64,000 bases of DNA from an uncultured Clostridia bacterium (GCA_900016865.1 FIZI01000006.1:114781-178780), one strand, 5' to 3'. Shown: positions 28,756-39,062, counted from the first letter of the stretch. Notes: generated by a model from the sequence alone, not told the origin. Translations and numbers: made by a program.

Positions 28756-28766
28756 ATGCGAGGTGT

Positions 28767-29447
28767 TTGAAGTTGACAACAAGATTGCAATCTGAAGAAC
28801 TGACCTTCTTGTTTGACTTGGACAACACTCTGTACCCGCGTGCGTCCGGATTGCTGGCGCATCTGGACCAACACATAAACGCATATCTTAGGGATGTCCT
28901 TAGCATCAATGAAGACGAAGTCGATGAGGTGCGGCGTCGCTACGTCAAGATCTACGGTACTACCCTTCGCGGTTGCCAGGTTGAGCACAACGTGGACCCG
29001 CTTGAGTTCATCGCCAAGACACATGACATAGATCCTACTAAGTTTGTGGGCCCCGATAAGGATGTAGAGAGGATCTTAAGGGAGCTGCCGGGGATCAAGG
29101 TCGTGTTTTCGAACAGTCCCATGCTCCACGTAGGTAGGACTCTCGATGCACTCAACTTGACTCACTTGTTTGAAAAGATATATACCATCGAGTTTTGTGA
29201 GTTCGAAGGGAAGCCGAACAAAGCCGCATACGAGAGGGTCCTTGCGGATCTCGACGCAGACCCTGAGTGGTGTGTAATGATTGAAGACACTTCGGCGAAC
29301 CTTGTCGTGCCCAATCAGCTAGGCATGACTACTGTTCTTGTCTCAGACGGCTCGGGTTCTTGGCCCAAGTACGTGGACTATGTCGTGCAGAAGGTGCCGG
29401 ATCTGCTTAGCATCTTTGGAGGCGGGCGGGACAAGCTACTGGCCTGA
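28767..29447 (+). CDS. HAD-family pyrimidine 5'-nucleotidase-like protein
   Basis: FDLDNTLY, YGTTLRG, GKP, IED. Confidence 0.9.
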   Translation: MKLTTRLQSEELTFLFDLDNTLYPRASGLLAHLDQHINAYLRDVLSINEDEVDEVRRRYVKIYGTTLRGCQVEHNVDPLEFIAKTHDIDPTKFVGPDKDVERILRELPGIKVVFSNSPMLHVGRTLDALNLTHLFEKIYTIEFCEFEGKPNKAAYERVLADLDADPEWCVMIEDTSANLVVPNQLGMTTVLVSDGSGSWPKYVDYVVQKVPDLLSIFGGGRDKLLA

Positions 29448-29503
29448 TTTTGACCCAAGAATACGATCTCGCTTGGCTTGAGATAGTCTTGAGCAAGTTA
29501 GTG

Positions 29504-29532
29504 TTTACAAAGCCGCATCTATGTGCTATAAT
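29504..29532 (+). promoter_or_regulatory. SigA promoter for tRNA-Glu
   Basis: TTTACA-17 bp-TATAAT with TGn extension. Confidence 0.85.
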
Positions 29533-29585
29533 ACAAACCGTCCTTGCTTTGTGAGCAGGCTGAAGTGTTAGATTGCATTTGTTAC

Positions 29586-29661
29586 GGCTCCATCGTCTAG
29601 CGGCCTAGGACACCGCCCTCTCAAGGCGGCGACACGGGTTCAAATCCCGTTGGAGCTACCA
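29586..29661 (+). tRNA. tRNA-Glu (CTC)
   Basis: GGCTCCA acceptor, CCGCC-CT-CTC-AA-GGCGG, GGTTCAAATCC, CCA end. Confidence 0.97.
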
Positions 29662-29671
29662 GATCACGCAG

Positions 29672-29705
29672 ACACCCGGCGTTTCAACCAAGCGCCGGGT
29701 GTGTT
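29672..29705 (+). terminator. Hairpin/terminator after tRNA-Glu
   Basis: ACACCCGGCG/CGCCGGGTGT stem; weak U-tail. Confidence 0.6.
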
Positions 29706-29791
29706 CATGTACAGCTCTCCCTTGGGACTCTACTAGAATACCGGTGATGCTCCGGTGGTACAATAAGAGTGCGCATGGAGGGCAAGATCCT

Positions 29792-30010
29792 ATGAAGCTT
29801 CGTTCGCACTCAGCGCCTCCTTTACCAATGAGGCTTCGCCGGAGGCCTGACGGCATAGATGACGCTGACTGGGTCGACATAGTCAACAGCGTGTCTGTAG
29901 ACGACGAACTTGCCTACATATTTGACTCTCCGCGCGCTCGGTTTTGCGAACGATCTATTGATATTCGCGATTTTCTGGATCGCCGCGGCCTAGACTACGA
30001 CCTCGAGTGA
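29792..30010 (+). CDS. Small hypothetical protein (72 aa)
   Basis: GGAGG RBS, upstream TACAAT; family not recognised. Confidence 0.5.
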   Translation: MKLRSHSAPPLPMRLRRRPDGIDDADWVDIVNSVSVDDELAYIFDSPRARFCERSIDIRDFLDRRGLDYDLE

Positions 30011-30202
30011 CCAGGTTTGCAGCTCTCCGTCTGCCTCGCGCTTGCATCCGTGAAAGGAGGATCAGGACTGAACTGATAGAATAGTGAAACAGGAAATGAG
30101 CTTCTGAACTTGAGTTCTAAACGGCGGAGTCTACACGTAATTGTTATTGTACGATGTAAGACACCGAGCGTCTCTCAATAGACGACGCCTATTTCTGGGA
30201 GG

Positions 30203-30760
30203 ATGATGGTCCCTATGGCCGCAAAGGATAAGGAGAGAGGCGAGAAGTCCGGACTCGTGTCGTTTTGGGTTAACGTGCTCGTCCTCGGCATTGTCATGGT
30301 TGTCCTAGGCTTCTACCTGGGTACGTATATGCTTGAAGTATGGAAGTCTGACGACATCGGTGGTGTGCAGGACTTCACCGCGTCTGATTTGGGCGATGTC
30401 CGTGGTGAGTCTACACTGAGTGATTTGGGATCATCTGCACCCGCAACGTCCAGTCCGTCCCAGAGTTCAGCTATTTCGCAACCACAACAGCCAGGTCAGA
30501 CGGCAACACAGTCTGCCCAGTCTTCGGCTGTGACTGCGACATCAAGCGGCTTGTACAAAGTCCAGGTCGGCTCGTTTGATGATAGAGCCGCGGCAGAGGC
30601 TCTTGCCGGGCAGCTAAAGCGATTGGGGTATACGGACGCTTGGGTGACGCCGACATTGCCGCATCGAGTGCAAGTTGGGGCTTATTCAAACCCTGACAAC
30701 GCGTCCAAGGTTGTTAATGAATTGGAGAGTAGCGGGTACAGCGTCTTCATAGTCAACTGA
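30203..30760 (+). CDS. Membrane-anchored SPOR domain protein
   Basis: TM helix, Ser/Gln linker, YKVQVGSF and HRVQVGAY repeats. Confidence 0.9.
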   Translation: MMVPMAAKDKERGEKSGLVSFWVNVLVLGIVMVVLGFYLGTYMLEVWKSDDIGGVQDFTASDLGDVRGESTLSDLGSSAPATSSPSQSSAISQPQQPGQTATQSAQSSAVTATSSGLYKVQVGSFDDRAAAEALAGQLKRLGYTDAWVTPTLPHRVQVGAYSNPDNASKVVNELESSGYSVFIVN

Positions 30761-30902
30761 GGTTTCCTGACATTGGGCAAGAGTCGGTTTGGCGTACAAA
30801 GGTGTTGTGGTGTACACTAGTACTGTCCAAGAAGGGCAGTGCTATTTCTGTACTATGTTTGCCATGTCTGCTGCAGCAGCAGTCCTAGAGGAGTCGTAAC
30901 TG

Positions 30903-31352
30903 ATGAGGCAGGTAGGCACAGTAGTCGCGGACAACGGCTTGACTGCGACTGTCGCGGTCCGGAGGCAGGCATCTTGTGAAAAATGCGGTGCCTGCGAGTT
31001 CGGGAGCAGGTCAGGAGTAGAGGTCGAAGTCAGAAACGAGATTGGGGCCCAAATAGGCGATTCTGTCGTAATAGAGCTGGAGTCACGAGCTGTTCTCACA
31101 GCCTCGGTTATCGTGTACGCGATCCCTCTTTTTTTCATGATTGTGGGGCTTTTGGCAGGTCCGTCTATTGTCCGCCTTCTTGGCATTGATGTCAGTACAG
31201 ATGCAGCTGCCGCTGTAGTCGGATTTGTCACGCTTGTTGTTGCGTTTGTAGGAGTCCACATATATGACAGACAGGCCGGTCCGCGGAGGTACATGCCGCG
31301 GATTGTTCGCGTTGCAGGACTAGACGACGGTCCTGAGTGCGATGGCGTATAA
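30903..31352 (+). CDS. RseC/MucC family protein
   Basis: CEKCGAC, N.IGAQIGD.V, two TM segments. Confidence 0.88.
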   Translation: MRQVGTVVADNGLTATVAVRRQASCEKCGACEFGSRSGVEVEVRNEIGAQIGDSVVIELESRAVLTASVIVYAIPLFFMIVGLLAGPSIVRLLGIDVSTDAAAAVVGFVTLVVAFVGVHIYDRQAGPRRYMPRIVRVAGLDDGPECDGV

Positions 31353-31393
31353 CTGCCTTTTGCGGGTAGAGGCTATCTGGAGGTGTTCACTAG

Positions 31394-32272
31394 TTGACAT
31401 TTGGTGTAGAACACCGAGTTGTAGAAAAGCGTAATCTTGCAGACAAGATCCATTTGTTCAAAGTCGTGGCCCCGCTTGTAGCTCGTCGGGCTAAGCCAGG
31501 CCAGTTTGTAATCGTCCGCTCTCACGAGAGGGCTGAAAGGATTCCGCTTACGATCGCCGATAGCGATCCTGACAACGGGACAATCTCTCTTGTTGTCCAG
31601 GAAATGGGCAGAGGCACAGCGAAGATAGCCGAGATTGGAGAGGGTGGCAAGTTCGCAGGAATCGTTGGCCCACTTGGACGAGCCGGCAATATCGCAAGTG
31701 TCAATAAGGTAGTGCTGATAGCGGGCGGAGTGGGTGTCGCACCTATGCTCCCATATGCCAGGGCCTACCATAGCAGTGGTGCTCACGTTACCACCATTGT
31801 AGGTGCGAAGACTCGAGATATGCTCATTTTGCTGGATGAGATAGAGTCAGTCTCTGATGTAGTGATGGTAAGTACGGACGACGGGTCTCTCGGTGTAAAG
31901 GGGGTTGTTTCAGACGTTTTGGCCAGGCTGCTTGCTGACGGCGAGCGGTTTGACCATGCAGTCTGCATAGGACCCGCTGTCATGATGAAGGCTGTCTGCG
32001 GATTGACGCGGGAGGCGGGTATTCCGACAACTGTGAGCCTCAACCCGATAATGGTTGACGGAACGGGCATGTGCGGAGGCTGTAGGGTGACGGTCGGCGG
32101 CGAGATCAAGTTCGCCTGCGTCGATGGGCCTGGGTTCGATGGCCACGCAGTCGATTTTGACGAGTTGATGTCTCGCCAGAGGTTTTACGAACGCGAAGAG
32201 AGGCTTTCTTACGACAGCTACCGCACATCAAAGGAGGGTTCTCACAGGTGTCGGTTAGATCAAATCGGGTGA
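31394..32272 (+). CDS. nfnA: Bifurcating transhydrogenase small subunit (NfnA/NfnS-like)
   Basis: PGQFVIVR, ERIPLTIAD, GGVG, NPIMVDGTGMCGGCR...CVDGP. Confidence 0.9.
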   Translation: MTFGVEHRVVEKRNLADKIHLFKVVAPLVARRAKPGQFVIVRSHERAERIPLTIADSDPDNGTISLVVQEMGRGTAKIAEIGEGGKFAGIVGPLGRAGNIASVNKVVLIAGGVGVAPMLPYARAYHSSGAHVTTIVGAKTRDMLILLDEIESVSDVVMVSTDDGSLGVKGVVSDVLARLLADGERFDHAVCIGPAVMMKAVCGLTREAGIPTTVSLNPIMVDGTGMCGGCRVTVGGEIKFACVDGPGFDGHAVDFDELMSRQRFYEREERLSYDSYRTSKEGSHRCRLDQIG

Positions 32273-33657
32273 CTATGCCCAAGCAAGACCCGGCTGTGCG
32301 TAGACGCAACTTCGATGAGGTCGCGCTTGGTTTTACCTACAAGCAGGCAACTGCAGAGGCATCGCGTTGTCTGAACTGTCGCAACAAACCGTGTGTTTCT
32401 GGATGCCCTGTGTCAGTCGATATTCCCGGCTTCATCGCGTTGATCAAAGAGGGCAAGGTGGAGGACGCTTTCGCAAAGATAAGAGAGACGAACAGCCTCC
32501 CCGCGATCTGTGGTAGAGTCTGCCCTCAGGAAAACCAGTGTGAAGCCAGGTGCGTGCTTGGAAAATCGGGCCAGCCAGTTGCCATCGGTGCGTTGGAGCG
32601 GTTTGTTGCGGACTACTGCAGGGAGAAGGATGGTACATTCGCCAGGAAGGCAGTAAAGCCTATAGCGCTAACGAATAGAGCCAAGGTGGCTGTTGTGGGG
32701 TCCGGCCCGGCGGGCCTGACTGCAGCAGCTGATCTCGCCCTTTTGGGCTATGAGGTAACCGTGTTTGAGTCGCTGCACGAGTTTGGGGGAGTGCTGAGGT
32801 ACGGGATTCCTGAATTCAGGCTGCCGAAGGCCATCCTCGACTATGAGATCGACTACATCAGGAGCTTGGGTGTGCGATTTGTGCCTGACGCGATTGTAGG
32901 CAAGACAATCACAACTGACGACTTGACCGCGTTGGGATATCGCGCAGTCTTTATCGGGACGGGTGCAGGACTCCCGTACTTCCTCGGGATACCCGGTGAA
33001 AACCTGATCGGGGTCTACTCCGCCAATGAATACCTGACAAGATCGAACTTGATGAAGGCGTACCTCTTTCCTGAGCATGAGACTCCGATCCGTAGGGGAA
33101 AGAGAGTTGCGGTCATTGGTGGAGGCAACGTAGCGATAGACTCAGCTCGCACTGCGCTCAGGTTGGGTGCTGACGAGGTCTTTGTAGTCTACCGCCGTTC
33201 ACGAGCAGAGATGCCCGCCCGAGCAGAGGAGATCATCAACGCCGAGGAAGAAGGAGTCACTTTGGTGCTGCTGACAAGTCCAGTGGAGATCGTTGGAGAC
33301 GACAGCGGGCAGGTGGTAGCTCTCGAGTGTATCAGAAATCAGCTCGGTGAGCCCGACGCGAGTGGGAGACGGCGCCCGGTTCCAATCGAGGGATCCGAGT
33401 ACGCCATAGACGTCGATACAGTTATCGTAGCCATTGGCCAGGGTCCAAACCCGCTCTTCACAGAGGCGACTCCGTCGCTGCTCACCGATGAGCGTGGTTA
33501 TATAGTCGTAGACGCGGATACAGGTGCTACCAATCTCAACGGTTTCTATGCGGGCGGGGACATCGTTACAGGTGCCGCTACTGTTATAGCTGCTATGGGA
33601 GCTGGCAGAAAGGCGGCAAAGGCTATTCATCGGTACTTGCGGTCCGACAGCCAGTAG
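32248..33657 (+). CDS. nfnB: Bifurcating transhydrogenase large subunit (NfnB/NfnL; GltD-like)
   Basis: RCLNC...C..GCP, CGRVCPQE.QCE, GSGPAG, GGGNVA.D; paired with nfnA. Confidence 0.9.
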   Translation: MSVRSNRVTMPKQDPAVRRRNFDEVALGFTYKQATAEASRCLNCRNKPCVSGCPVSVDIPGFIALIKEGKVEDAFAKIRETNSLPAICGRVCPQENQCEARCVLGKSGQPVAIGALERFVADYCREKDGTFARKAVKPIALTNRAKVAVVGSGPAGLTAAADLALLGYEVTVFESLHEFGGVLRYGIPEFRLPKAILDYEIDYIRSLGVRFVPDAIVGKTITTDDLTALGYRAVFIGTGAGLPYFLGIPGENLIGVYSANEYLTRSNLMKAYLFPEHETPIRRGKRVAVIGGGNVAIDSARTALRLGADEVFVVYRRSRAEMPARAEEIINAEEEGVTLVLLTSPVEIVGDDSGQVVALECIRNQLGEPDASGRRRPVPIEGSEYAIDVDTVIVAIGQGPNPLFTEATPSLLTDERGYIVVDADTGATNLNGFYAGGDIVTGAATVIAAMGAGRKAAKAIHRYLRSDSQ

Positions 33658-33731
33658 GCGTCGCTTGAGATGCGTTGCTTGCGCGAACTCGGGCGGCACT
33701 TGCTCTGGGTTTACAAAAAGATCCTTTCAGG

Positions 33732-33760
33732 TTGACCCTAGTTCCCAGCTGCTGTATAAT
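33732..33760 (+). promoter_or_regulatory. SigA promoter of the rnf operon
   Basis: TTGACC-17 bp-TATAAT. Confidence 0.8.
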
Positions 33761-33824
33761 CCTGTTGGTGCGCCGTGGCAGGCAAACTCAGGCAGCAACT
33801 GGAGAGAAAGTGAAGTGATGCCTA

Positions 33825-35150
33825 ATGAGACGAGAAGGTTTCATGGGAGGGGTCCACGCTGACGACTGCAAAGAGCTGACTGCAGATAGGCCTATTAGGG
33901 CAATGGATCCCCCGGAGCAGGTCACTATTCCCCTGTCTCAGCATATTGGGACGCCTTGCGCTCCTCTTGTCAAAAAGGATGACAGAGTGCTCGTAGGCCA
34001 GATCATTGGCGATGCCGAGGATAGGCTTACCGCACCTGTGCACTCCAGCGTGTCTGGTACTGTCCTGGGCGTGACTACGATCGAGGCTCCCGGTGGCCGC
34101 AAGGTGCAGGCTGTCAGTATTGCCAATGACGGTATGTATGAGTTGGCTCCTGGATTGGAGGTAGACCATGACCCACTAGAACTTGAGCCTGCGGAGTTGA
34201 TCCGGCGGATCAGAGATGCTGGCATAGTGGGGATGGGCGGCGCCGCCTTCCCTACACACTTCAAGCTGGACGTCCCTCCAGATAAGCAGGTGGACACGCT
34301 TGTCGTAAACGGCGTGGAGTGTGAGCCTTACCTCACTGCGGACCACCGACTCATGTTGGAGTCAGGAGAAGCGATAAAGCAGGGAATCCTCGTGGCTATG
34401 AGAGCGCTGGGAGTTCGCCGCGCCCTTGTCGGAGTGGAGGAGAACAAACCCGACGCGATAGCGTCTCTCGGGGATTTGCTTGCCGATGCTGACGGCATCG
34501 AGGTAGTGCCTTTGAAGGTGAAGTACCCGCAAGGAGCTGAAAAACAGCTCATCAAAGCAATCCTCGACCGTGAAGTTCCTCCAGGAAGGCTGCCCATGGA
34601 TGTCGGCGTTGTGGTGATCAACATTGGGACAGCCGCAGCTATCGCTGATGCGCTATATCGCGGAATGCCCCTGATCCAGCGCGTAGTAACTGTCACTGGC
34701 CCAATCGTGCGGGAGCCGGCGAATATCTTAGCCAGAATCGGCACTCCTGTAAGCCACCTGGTCGAGTCCTGCGGAGGCCTGACTGAAGATTTGGGCAAGT
34801 TCATAGTGGGTGGGCCTATGATGGGTGTAGCCCATCATACACTCGATACGCCTGTTACTAAGGGGATGTCGGGAGTACTGCTATTCTCGAGATCTCAGGC
34901 GAAGCTACTGGAGCCGACAGTCTGTATCAGATGCGGCAAGTGCATTCAAGTTTGTCCAATGGGACTGATAGCAGGTGGTTTTGCAGAGATGGTAGAGACG
35001 GGCAGATACGAAGAGGCGGAGCAGAACCATATATTTGACTGCATTGAGTGTGGGTGCTGTGCTTATATCTGTCCTGCAAGCCGTCGGATTGTTCAGTCAA
35101 TACGCCAAGGAAAGAATGAGATCATGCGCAGAAGGAGTCAGAGTGCCTGA
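33825..35150 (+). CDS. rnfC: Rnf complex subunit C
   Basis: QHIG, GMGGAAFPT, ECEPYLTAD, YPQGAEK, two CxxCxxCxxxCP motifs. Confidence 0.97.
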   Translation: MRREGFMGGVHADDCKELTADRPIRAMDPPEQVTIPLSQHIGTPCAPLVKKDDRVLVGQIIGDAEDRLTAPVHSSVSGTVLGVTTIEAPGGRKVQAVSIANDGMYELAPGLEVDHDPLELEPAELIRRIRDAGIVGMGGAAFPTHFKLDVPPDKQVDTLVVNGVECEPYLTADHRLMLESGEAIKQGILVAMRALGVRRALVGVEENKPDAIASLGDLLADADGIEVVPLKVKYPQGAEKQLIKAILDREVPPGRLPMDVGVVVINIGTAAAIADALYRGMPLIQRVVTVTGPIVREPANILARIGTPVSHLVESCGGLTEDLGKFIVGGPMMGVAHHTLDTPVTKGMSGVLLFSRSQAKLLEPTVCIRCGKCIQVCPMGLIAGGFAEMVETGRYEEAEQNHIFDCIECGCCAYICPASRRIVQSIRQGKNEIMRRRSQSA

Positions 35151-35216
35151 CGTGGCCTCTTGTGGCCTTTGGTTGAGCCTCAATCGCTGCAGTTGAGCGT
35201 CGGAAGGAGAATCGCT

Positions 35217-36779
35217 ATGCAGAGTGCTGCTACAGTCACAGTGTCATCGTCGCCTCATGTGAGCACCCACGTCACAACTCAGGTGATAATGCGGGACGTG
35301 CTGATTGCTCTTGTGCCGGCCGCTGTTGCGGGAGTAGTGTACTTCGGCATGAACGTCGCTCTGATCATTGCTCTCTCTGTTGCGACAGCCGTGGCCTCAG
35401 AGGCATTGATTCAAAAGGTCCTGGGGAGGCCGATCACGGTCAGTGATGGGAGTGCCGCAGTGGCGGGCCTGCTGTTTGCGCTGGTTTTGCCGCCTACCGT
35501 TGATCTGTGGTTGCCAGTAATCGGCGGTTTCTTGCTCATCTTCTTAGGCAAGCAGGTCTTTGGCGGCCTCGGCTACAACCCGTTTAACCCTGCCCATGTT
35601 GGCAGAGCCATTTTGACGGCCTCCTGGCCTGTTGCAATGACTACGTGGGTTTGGCCGAGATTTGGTGCACTGGAGGCTGCTGTCGGCAGCGCAATCAGTG
35701 GAGCTGAGCTCGATGCTCTCTCAGGCGCGACACCGCTCGCTCTGATGAAATACCACGGGATTCAGGTGTCGTATAAATCACTCTTTCTAGGAAACGTTGC
35801 AGGGTGCATCGGCGAGACGTGTGTGCCGGCTCTCCTCATTGGTGCAGCGTATCTGCTCTACAAGGGACACATCACGTGGCATACACCGCTTTCCTTTATG
35901 GGGACAGTAGCGGTGATGATGTTGATCATGGGACAGGACCCGCTGTTCCATCTCTTGTCCGGCGGACTGATGATAGGTGCGTTTTTTATGGCTACAGACT
36001 ACGTTACAAGTCCGTACACGCTCAAGGGCCAAGTCATCTTTGGGGTAGGCTGCGGTATCCTCACCGCTCTTATAAGGATCTATGGAGGTTACCCCGAGGG
36101 CGTGTGCTACGCGATACTCCTCATGAACGCTCTTACTCCATTGATAGACAAGTTCACCAAGCCTAGGCGATTCGGGGAGGTGGCCCGCGACAGCGCGATT
36201 CGCGTCATCTTGCGATACGCTGTTGTCCTCGGCTTGGTATGCGCTATTTCGGCACTTATCCTTTCCGGGACCTATGACGTCACTCGCAGCCGCATTGAAG
36301 AAGGCGAGGCTCAGGACTTCTACCGTGCGTTGGCCGAGGTGCTGGCTGGCGATCATGAATTCACCCCCATAGAGGGATTGAGGGGAATCCTGGGCGGCCG
36401 CTCCAACACAGTTACAGAGGCCTACATCGCTTCAGATGGGCGCTTTAGCGGGTTAGCAGTAAAGGCCAGTCCAATCGGGTATGGCGGGCCTATTGACATG
36501 GTCGTCGGAATCTTGCCTGAGGGCAAGATTAGCGGTGTCCGGATCGTGGCTCAGAGTGAGACGCCCGGACTAGGCACTGAGATCGCCAGGGAAGCTTTTT
36601 TGGGCCAGTTTGTAGGAGTATCTGAAGCCGATTCGTTGCGGGTCCGGAAAGACGGAGGGTCTATAGATGCTGTCACTGGAGCCACGGTCTCTTCCAGGGC
36701 AGTGGCTACGGGAGTCCGCGAGGCTCTCGAGGTATTTGAGTTCCTTAGAGACCAAGGATTGCTTACGGTATCGAAGTGA
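35217..36779 (+). CDS. Fused Rnf subunits D and G
   Basis: RnfD motifs (SSPH, FGGLG.NPFNPA, SGATPL, FMATD) continue without a stop into RnfG motifs (GYGG.I, ETPGLG, TGATVSS). Confidence 0.92.
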   Translation: MQSAATVTVSSSPHVSTHVTTQVIMRDVLIALVPAAVAGVVYFGMNVALIIALSVATAVASEALIQKVLGRPITVSDGSAAVAGLLFALVLPPTVDLWLPVIGGFLLIFLGKQVFGGLGYNPFNPAHVGRAILTASWPVAMTTWVWPRFGALEAAVGSAISGAELDALSGATPLALMKYHGIQVSYKSLFLGNVAGCIGETCVPALLIGAAYLLYKGHITWHTPLSFMGTVAVMMLIMGQDPLFHLLSGGLMIGAFFMATDYVTSPYTLKGQVIFGVGCGILTALIRIYGGYPEGVCYAILLMNALTPLIDKFTKPRRFGEVARDSAIRVILRYAVVLGLVCAISALILSGTYDVTRSRIEEGEAQDFYRALAEVLAGDHEFTPIEGLRGILGGRSNTVTEAYIASDGRFSGLAVKASPIGYGGPIDMVVGILPEGKISGVRIVAQSETPGLGTEIAREAFLGQFVGVSEADSLRVRKDGGSIDAVTGATVSSRAVATGVREALEVFEFLRDQGLLTVSK

Positions 36780-36800
36780 CACCGGGGAGGAGGAGTCGGA

Positions 36801-37427
36801 GTGAGCGTTGGAAAGGACTTAACAAGAGGCATCCTGGCGGAGAACCCTACTTTTCGCTTGCTACTTGGTATGTGTCCCACTCTAGCGATAAGCACTTCTG
36901 TGATGAACGGTATCGGTATGGGCCTCGCAGCCACGTTTGTCCTCATTGGCTCGAACTTGATCATATCGTTGGTTCGGTCCTTTATCCCTGACAAGATAAG
37001 GATACCGTGCTACATCACGATCATTGCTATGTTTGTGACTGTTGTGGATCTGGTGATGGCTGGATTTACGCCTGCGCTTCATGAGACTCTGGGCATATTC
37101 ATCCCGTTGATTGTCGTGAACTGCATCATACTTCAGAGGGCTGAGAGCTTTGCATCCAAGAAACCTGTGATCAATTCGATCGCCGACGGGCTCGGGATGG
37201 GGCTCGGTTTCACCTTGGCCCTGACTGTATTGAGCCTCATCAGGGAGACTCTTGGCACAGGAGCAGTTCTGGCAGCTCCTGACTTCAACTTCGCCGGGTT
37301 GAGGATCATCCCTGAGGAGTTCAAGGCGCTTATCGTAGTCATGGCACCTGGAGGATTTATCACGCTGGGCCTGGTGTTGGGATTCATCAACTGGTTGACT
37401 CGCAGAGTCGGTGTACAGGATCTGTAG
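36801..37427 (+). CDS. rnfE: Rnf complex subunit E
   Basis: ENP, LGMCPTLA, IRIP, PLIVVNC. Confidence 0.96.
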   Translation: MSVGKDLTRGILAENPTFRLLLGMCPTLAISTSVMNGIGMGLAATFVLIGSNLIISLVRSFIPDKIRIPCYITIIAMFVTVVDLVMAGFTPALHETLGIFIPLIVVNCIILQRAESFASKKPVINSIADGLGMGLGFTLALTVLSLIRETLGTGAVLAAPDFNFAGLRIIPEEFKALIVVMAPGGFITLGLVLGFINWLTRRVGVQDL

Positions 37428-37494
37428 TCTCGCCCGCTGAAAACGTTATGGTTCTTTGGTTGCGACCGAACTCGTGTTAAACGGAGTGATTCTG

Positions 37495-38094
37495 ATGCTC
37501 GGAAAGCTGATGGTTATCTTTGTAGGCTCAGTCTTGATCAACAACTTCGTGCTCACTCGCTTTCTAGGGATCTGCCCGTTTTTGGGAGTATCGCAGCAGA
37601 TTGAGACTGCTGTAGGGATGGGACTTGCAGTCATCTTTGTCATGACTTTGGCATCTGTGTTTACGTGGGGCATACAGTACCTTATCTTGCTGCCGTTGGG
37701 TCTGAGATACCTTCGGACTGTAGCTTTCATTCTTGTCATTGCTGCATTGGTCCAGCTCGTAGAGATGGTAATTCAGAAGGTCAGCCCGGCCCTGTATAGG
37801 GCGCTGGGAGTCTACCTCCCACTAATAACCACCAATTGCGCAGTCCTCGGTGTTGCGATATTGAACATCGACGAGGGATACTCCCTCGTAGAGTCAGCGG
37901 TGAACGGGTTTGCCGGCGGTGCCGGGTTCGCACTCGCAATAGTGTTGTTCTCGGGTATTCGCGAGAAGATGGCTGCAGCCCCCATTCCCGAGTCGTTGAA
38001 AGGATATCCTATAGCGCTGATCACAGCAGGGCTTATGTCGATCGCGTTCATGGGGTTCTCCGGATTTGATTTGAATAGGCTATTTGGCCTGTAG
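37495..38094 (+). CDS. rnfA: Rnf complex subunit A
   Basis: [23 protein letters not shown]. Confidence 0.96.
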   Translation: MLGKLMVIFVGSVLINNFVLTRFLGICPFLGVSQQIETAVGMGLAVIFVMTLASVFTWGIQYLILLPLGLRYLRTVAFILVIAALVQLVEMVIQKVSPALYRALGVYLPLITTNCAVLGVAILNIDEGYSLVESAVNGFAGGAGFALAIVLFSGIREKMAAAPIPESLKGYPIALITAGLMSIAFMGFSGFDLNRLFGL

Positions 38095-38111
38095 ACCCTG
38101 GGGAGGTCTCT

Positions 38112-38963
38112 TTGATGAGTGTTGGTGCAGTTGTCAGTCTAGGTGTGATAGGTGTAGTACTTGGAATAGCACTTGCCGTCGCAGCTAGGAAGCTCGCTGT
38201 AGAGGTCGATCCCAGAGAGGCAGAGATCAATGAGGTGCTTCCGGGCGCAAATTGCGGAGCGTGTGGACATCCCGGATGTTCGGGCTATGCTGCAGCTGTT
38301 GTGGCAGGTACAGCCGGAGTCGACAAATGCCCGGTTGGCGGCAATACTGTTGCAGCACGGATTGCGGAGATAATGGGGCTTGACGTCAAAGGCATCAGCA
38401 GTATCCGGAAGATTGCCAAGGTCAGATGCCAGGGTGACAAAGACGCATGCCCGGATAGGTTTGAATACGACGGAGTGGCTGATTGCAGGGCAGCCGTTCT
38501 TGTAGGCGGCGGCCATAAGGCTTGCGAGTATGGGTGCCTGGGACTTGGCACGTGTGCGGCCGCTTGCCCGTTTGACGCAATTCACATGTCTGAACAGGGA
38601 TTGCCTGTTATTGACCCTGAGAAGTGTTTGTCATGCGGCAAATGCGTTGAGGCCTGTCCTAGAGGACTTATCGAACTGCTTGATGAGGATATCGCGGTCT
38701 TTGTGGCATGTTGTTCGACGGCCAAAGGTGCCGAGGTGCGCCGGACCTGCAAACTCGGTTGCATCGGGTGCGGCATTTGCGCTAAGAATTGCCCGGCTGA
38801 TGCGATCGAGGTTACGGATTTCCTTGCGCGGATTGACCAGTCGAAGTGCACTCGATGTGGCATCTGTGCAGAGAAATGTCCGACGAACTGCATTGTCGTC
38901 GATGATCGGTATGTAAGGATAGTCGATCAAGACACGCAAGGGATCGCCGCTGCGTCGGAGTGA
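38112..38963 (+). CDS. rnfB: Rnf complex subunit B (polyferredoxin type)
   Basis: LPGANCGACG.PGC plus several ferredoxin Cys motifs. Confidence 0.96.
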   Translation: MMSVGAVVSLGVIGVVLGIALAVAARKLAVEVDPREAEINEVLPGANCGACGHPGCSGYAAAVVAGTAGVDKCPVGGNTVAARIAEIMGLDVKGISSIRKIAKVRCQGDKDACPDRFEYDGVADCRAAVLVGGGHKACEYGCLGLGTCAAACPFDAIHMSEQGLPVIDPEKCLSCGKCVEACPRGLIELLDEDIAVFVACCSTAKGAEVRRTCKLGCIGCGICAKNCPADAIEVTDFLARIDQSKCTRCGICAEKCPTNCIVVDDRYVRIVDQDTQGIAAASE

Positions 38964-39062
38964 CTCGGCAAAGGAATGATCTTTTGTCTTCAGGCTGGAG
39001 TGTTCTTGTAATGGCGGACAAGCAGTGGTACACTAAAGGGGCATCAGTCCCTAACGAGAGGG

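Noticed and set aside
32248-33657. Glutamate synthase small subunit
   Set aside because: No gltB nearby, and pairing with an NfnA-like gene favours Nfn transhydrogenase
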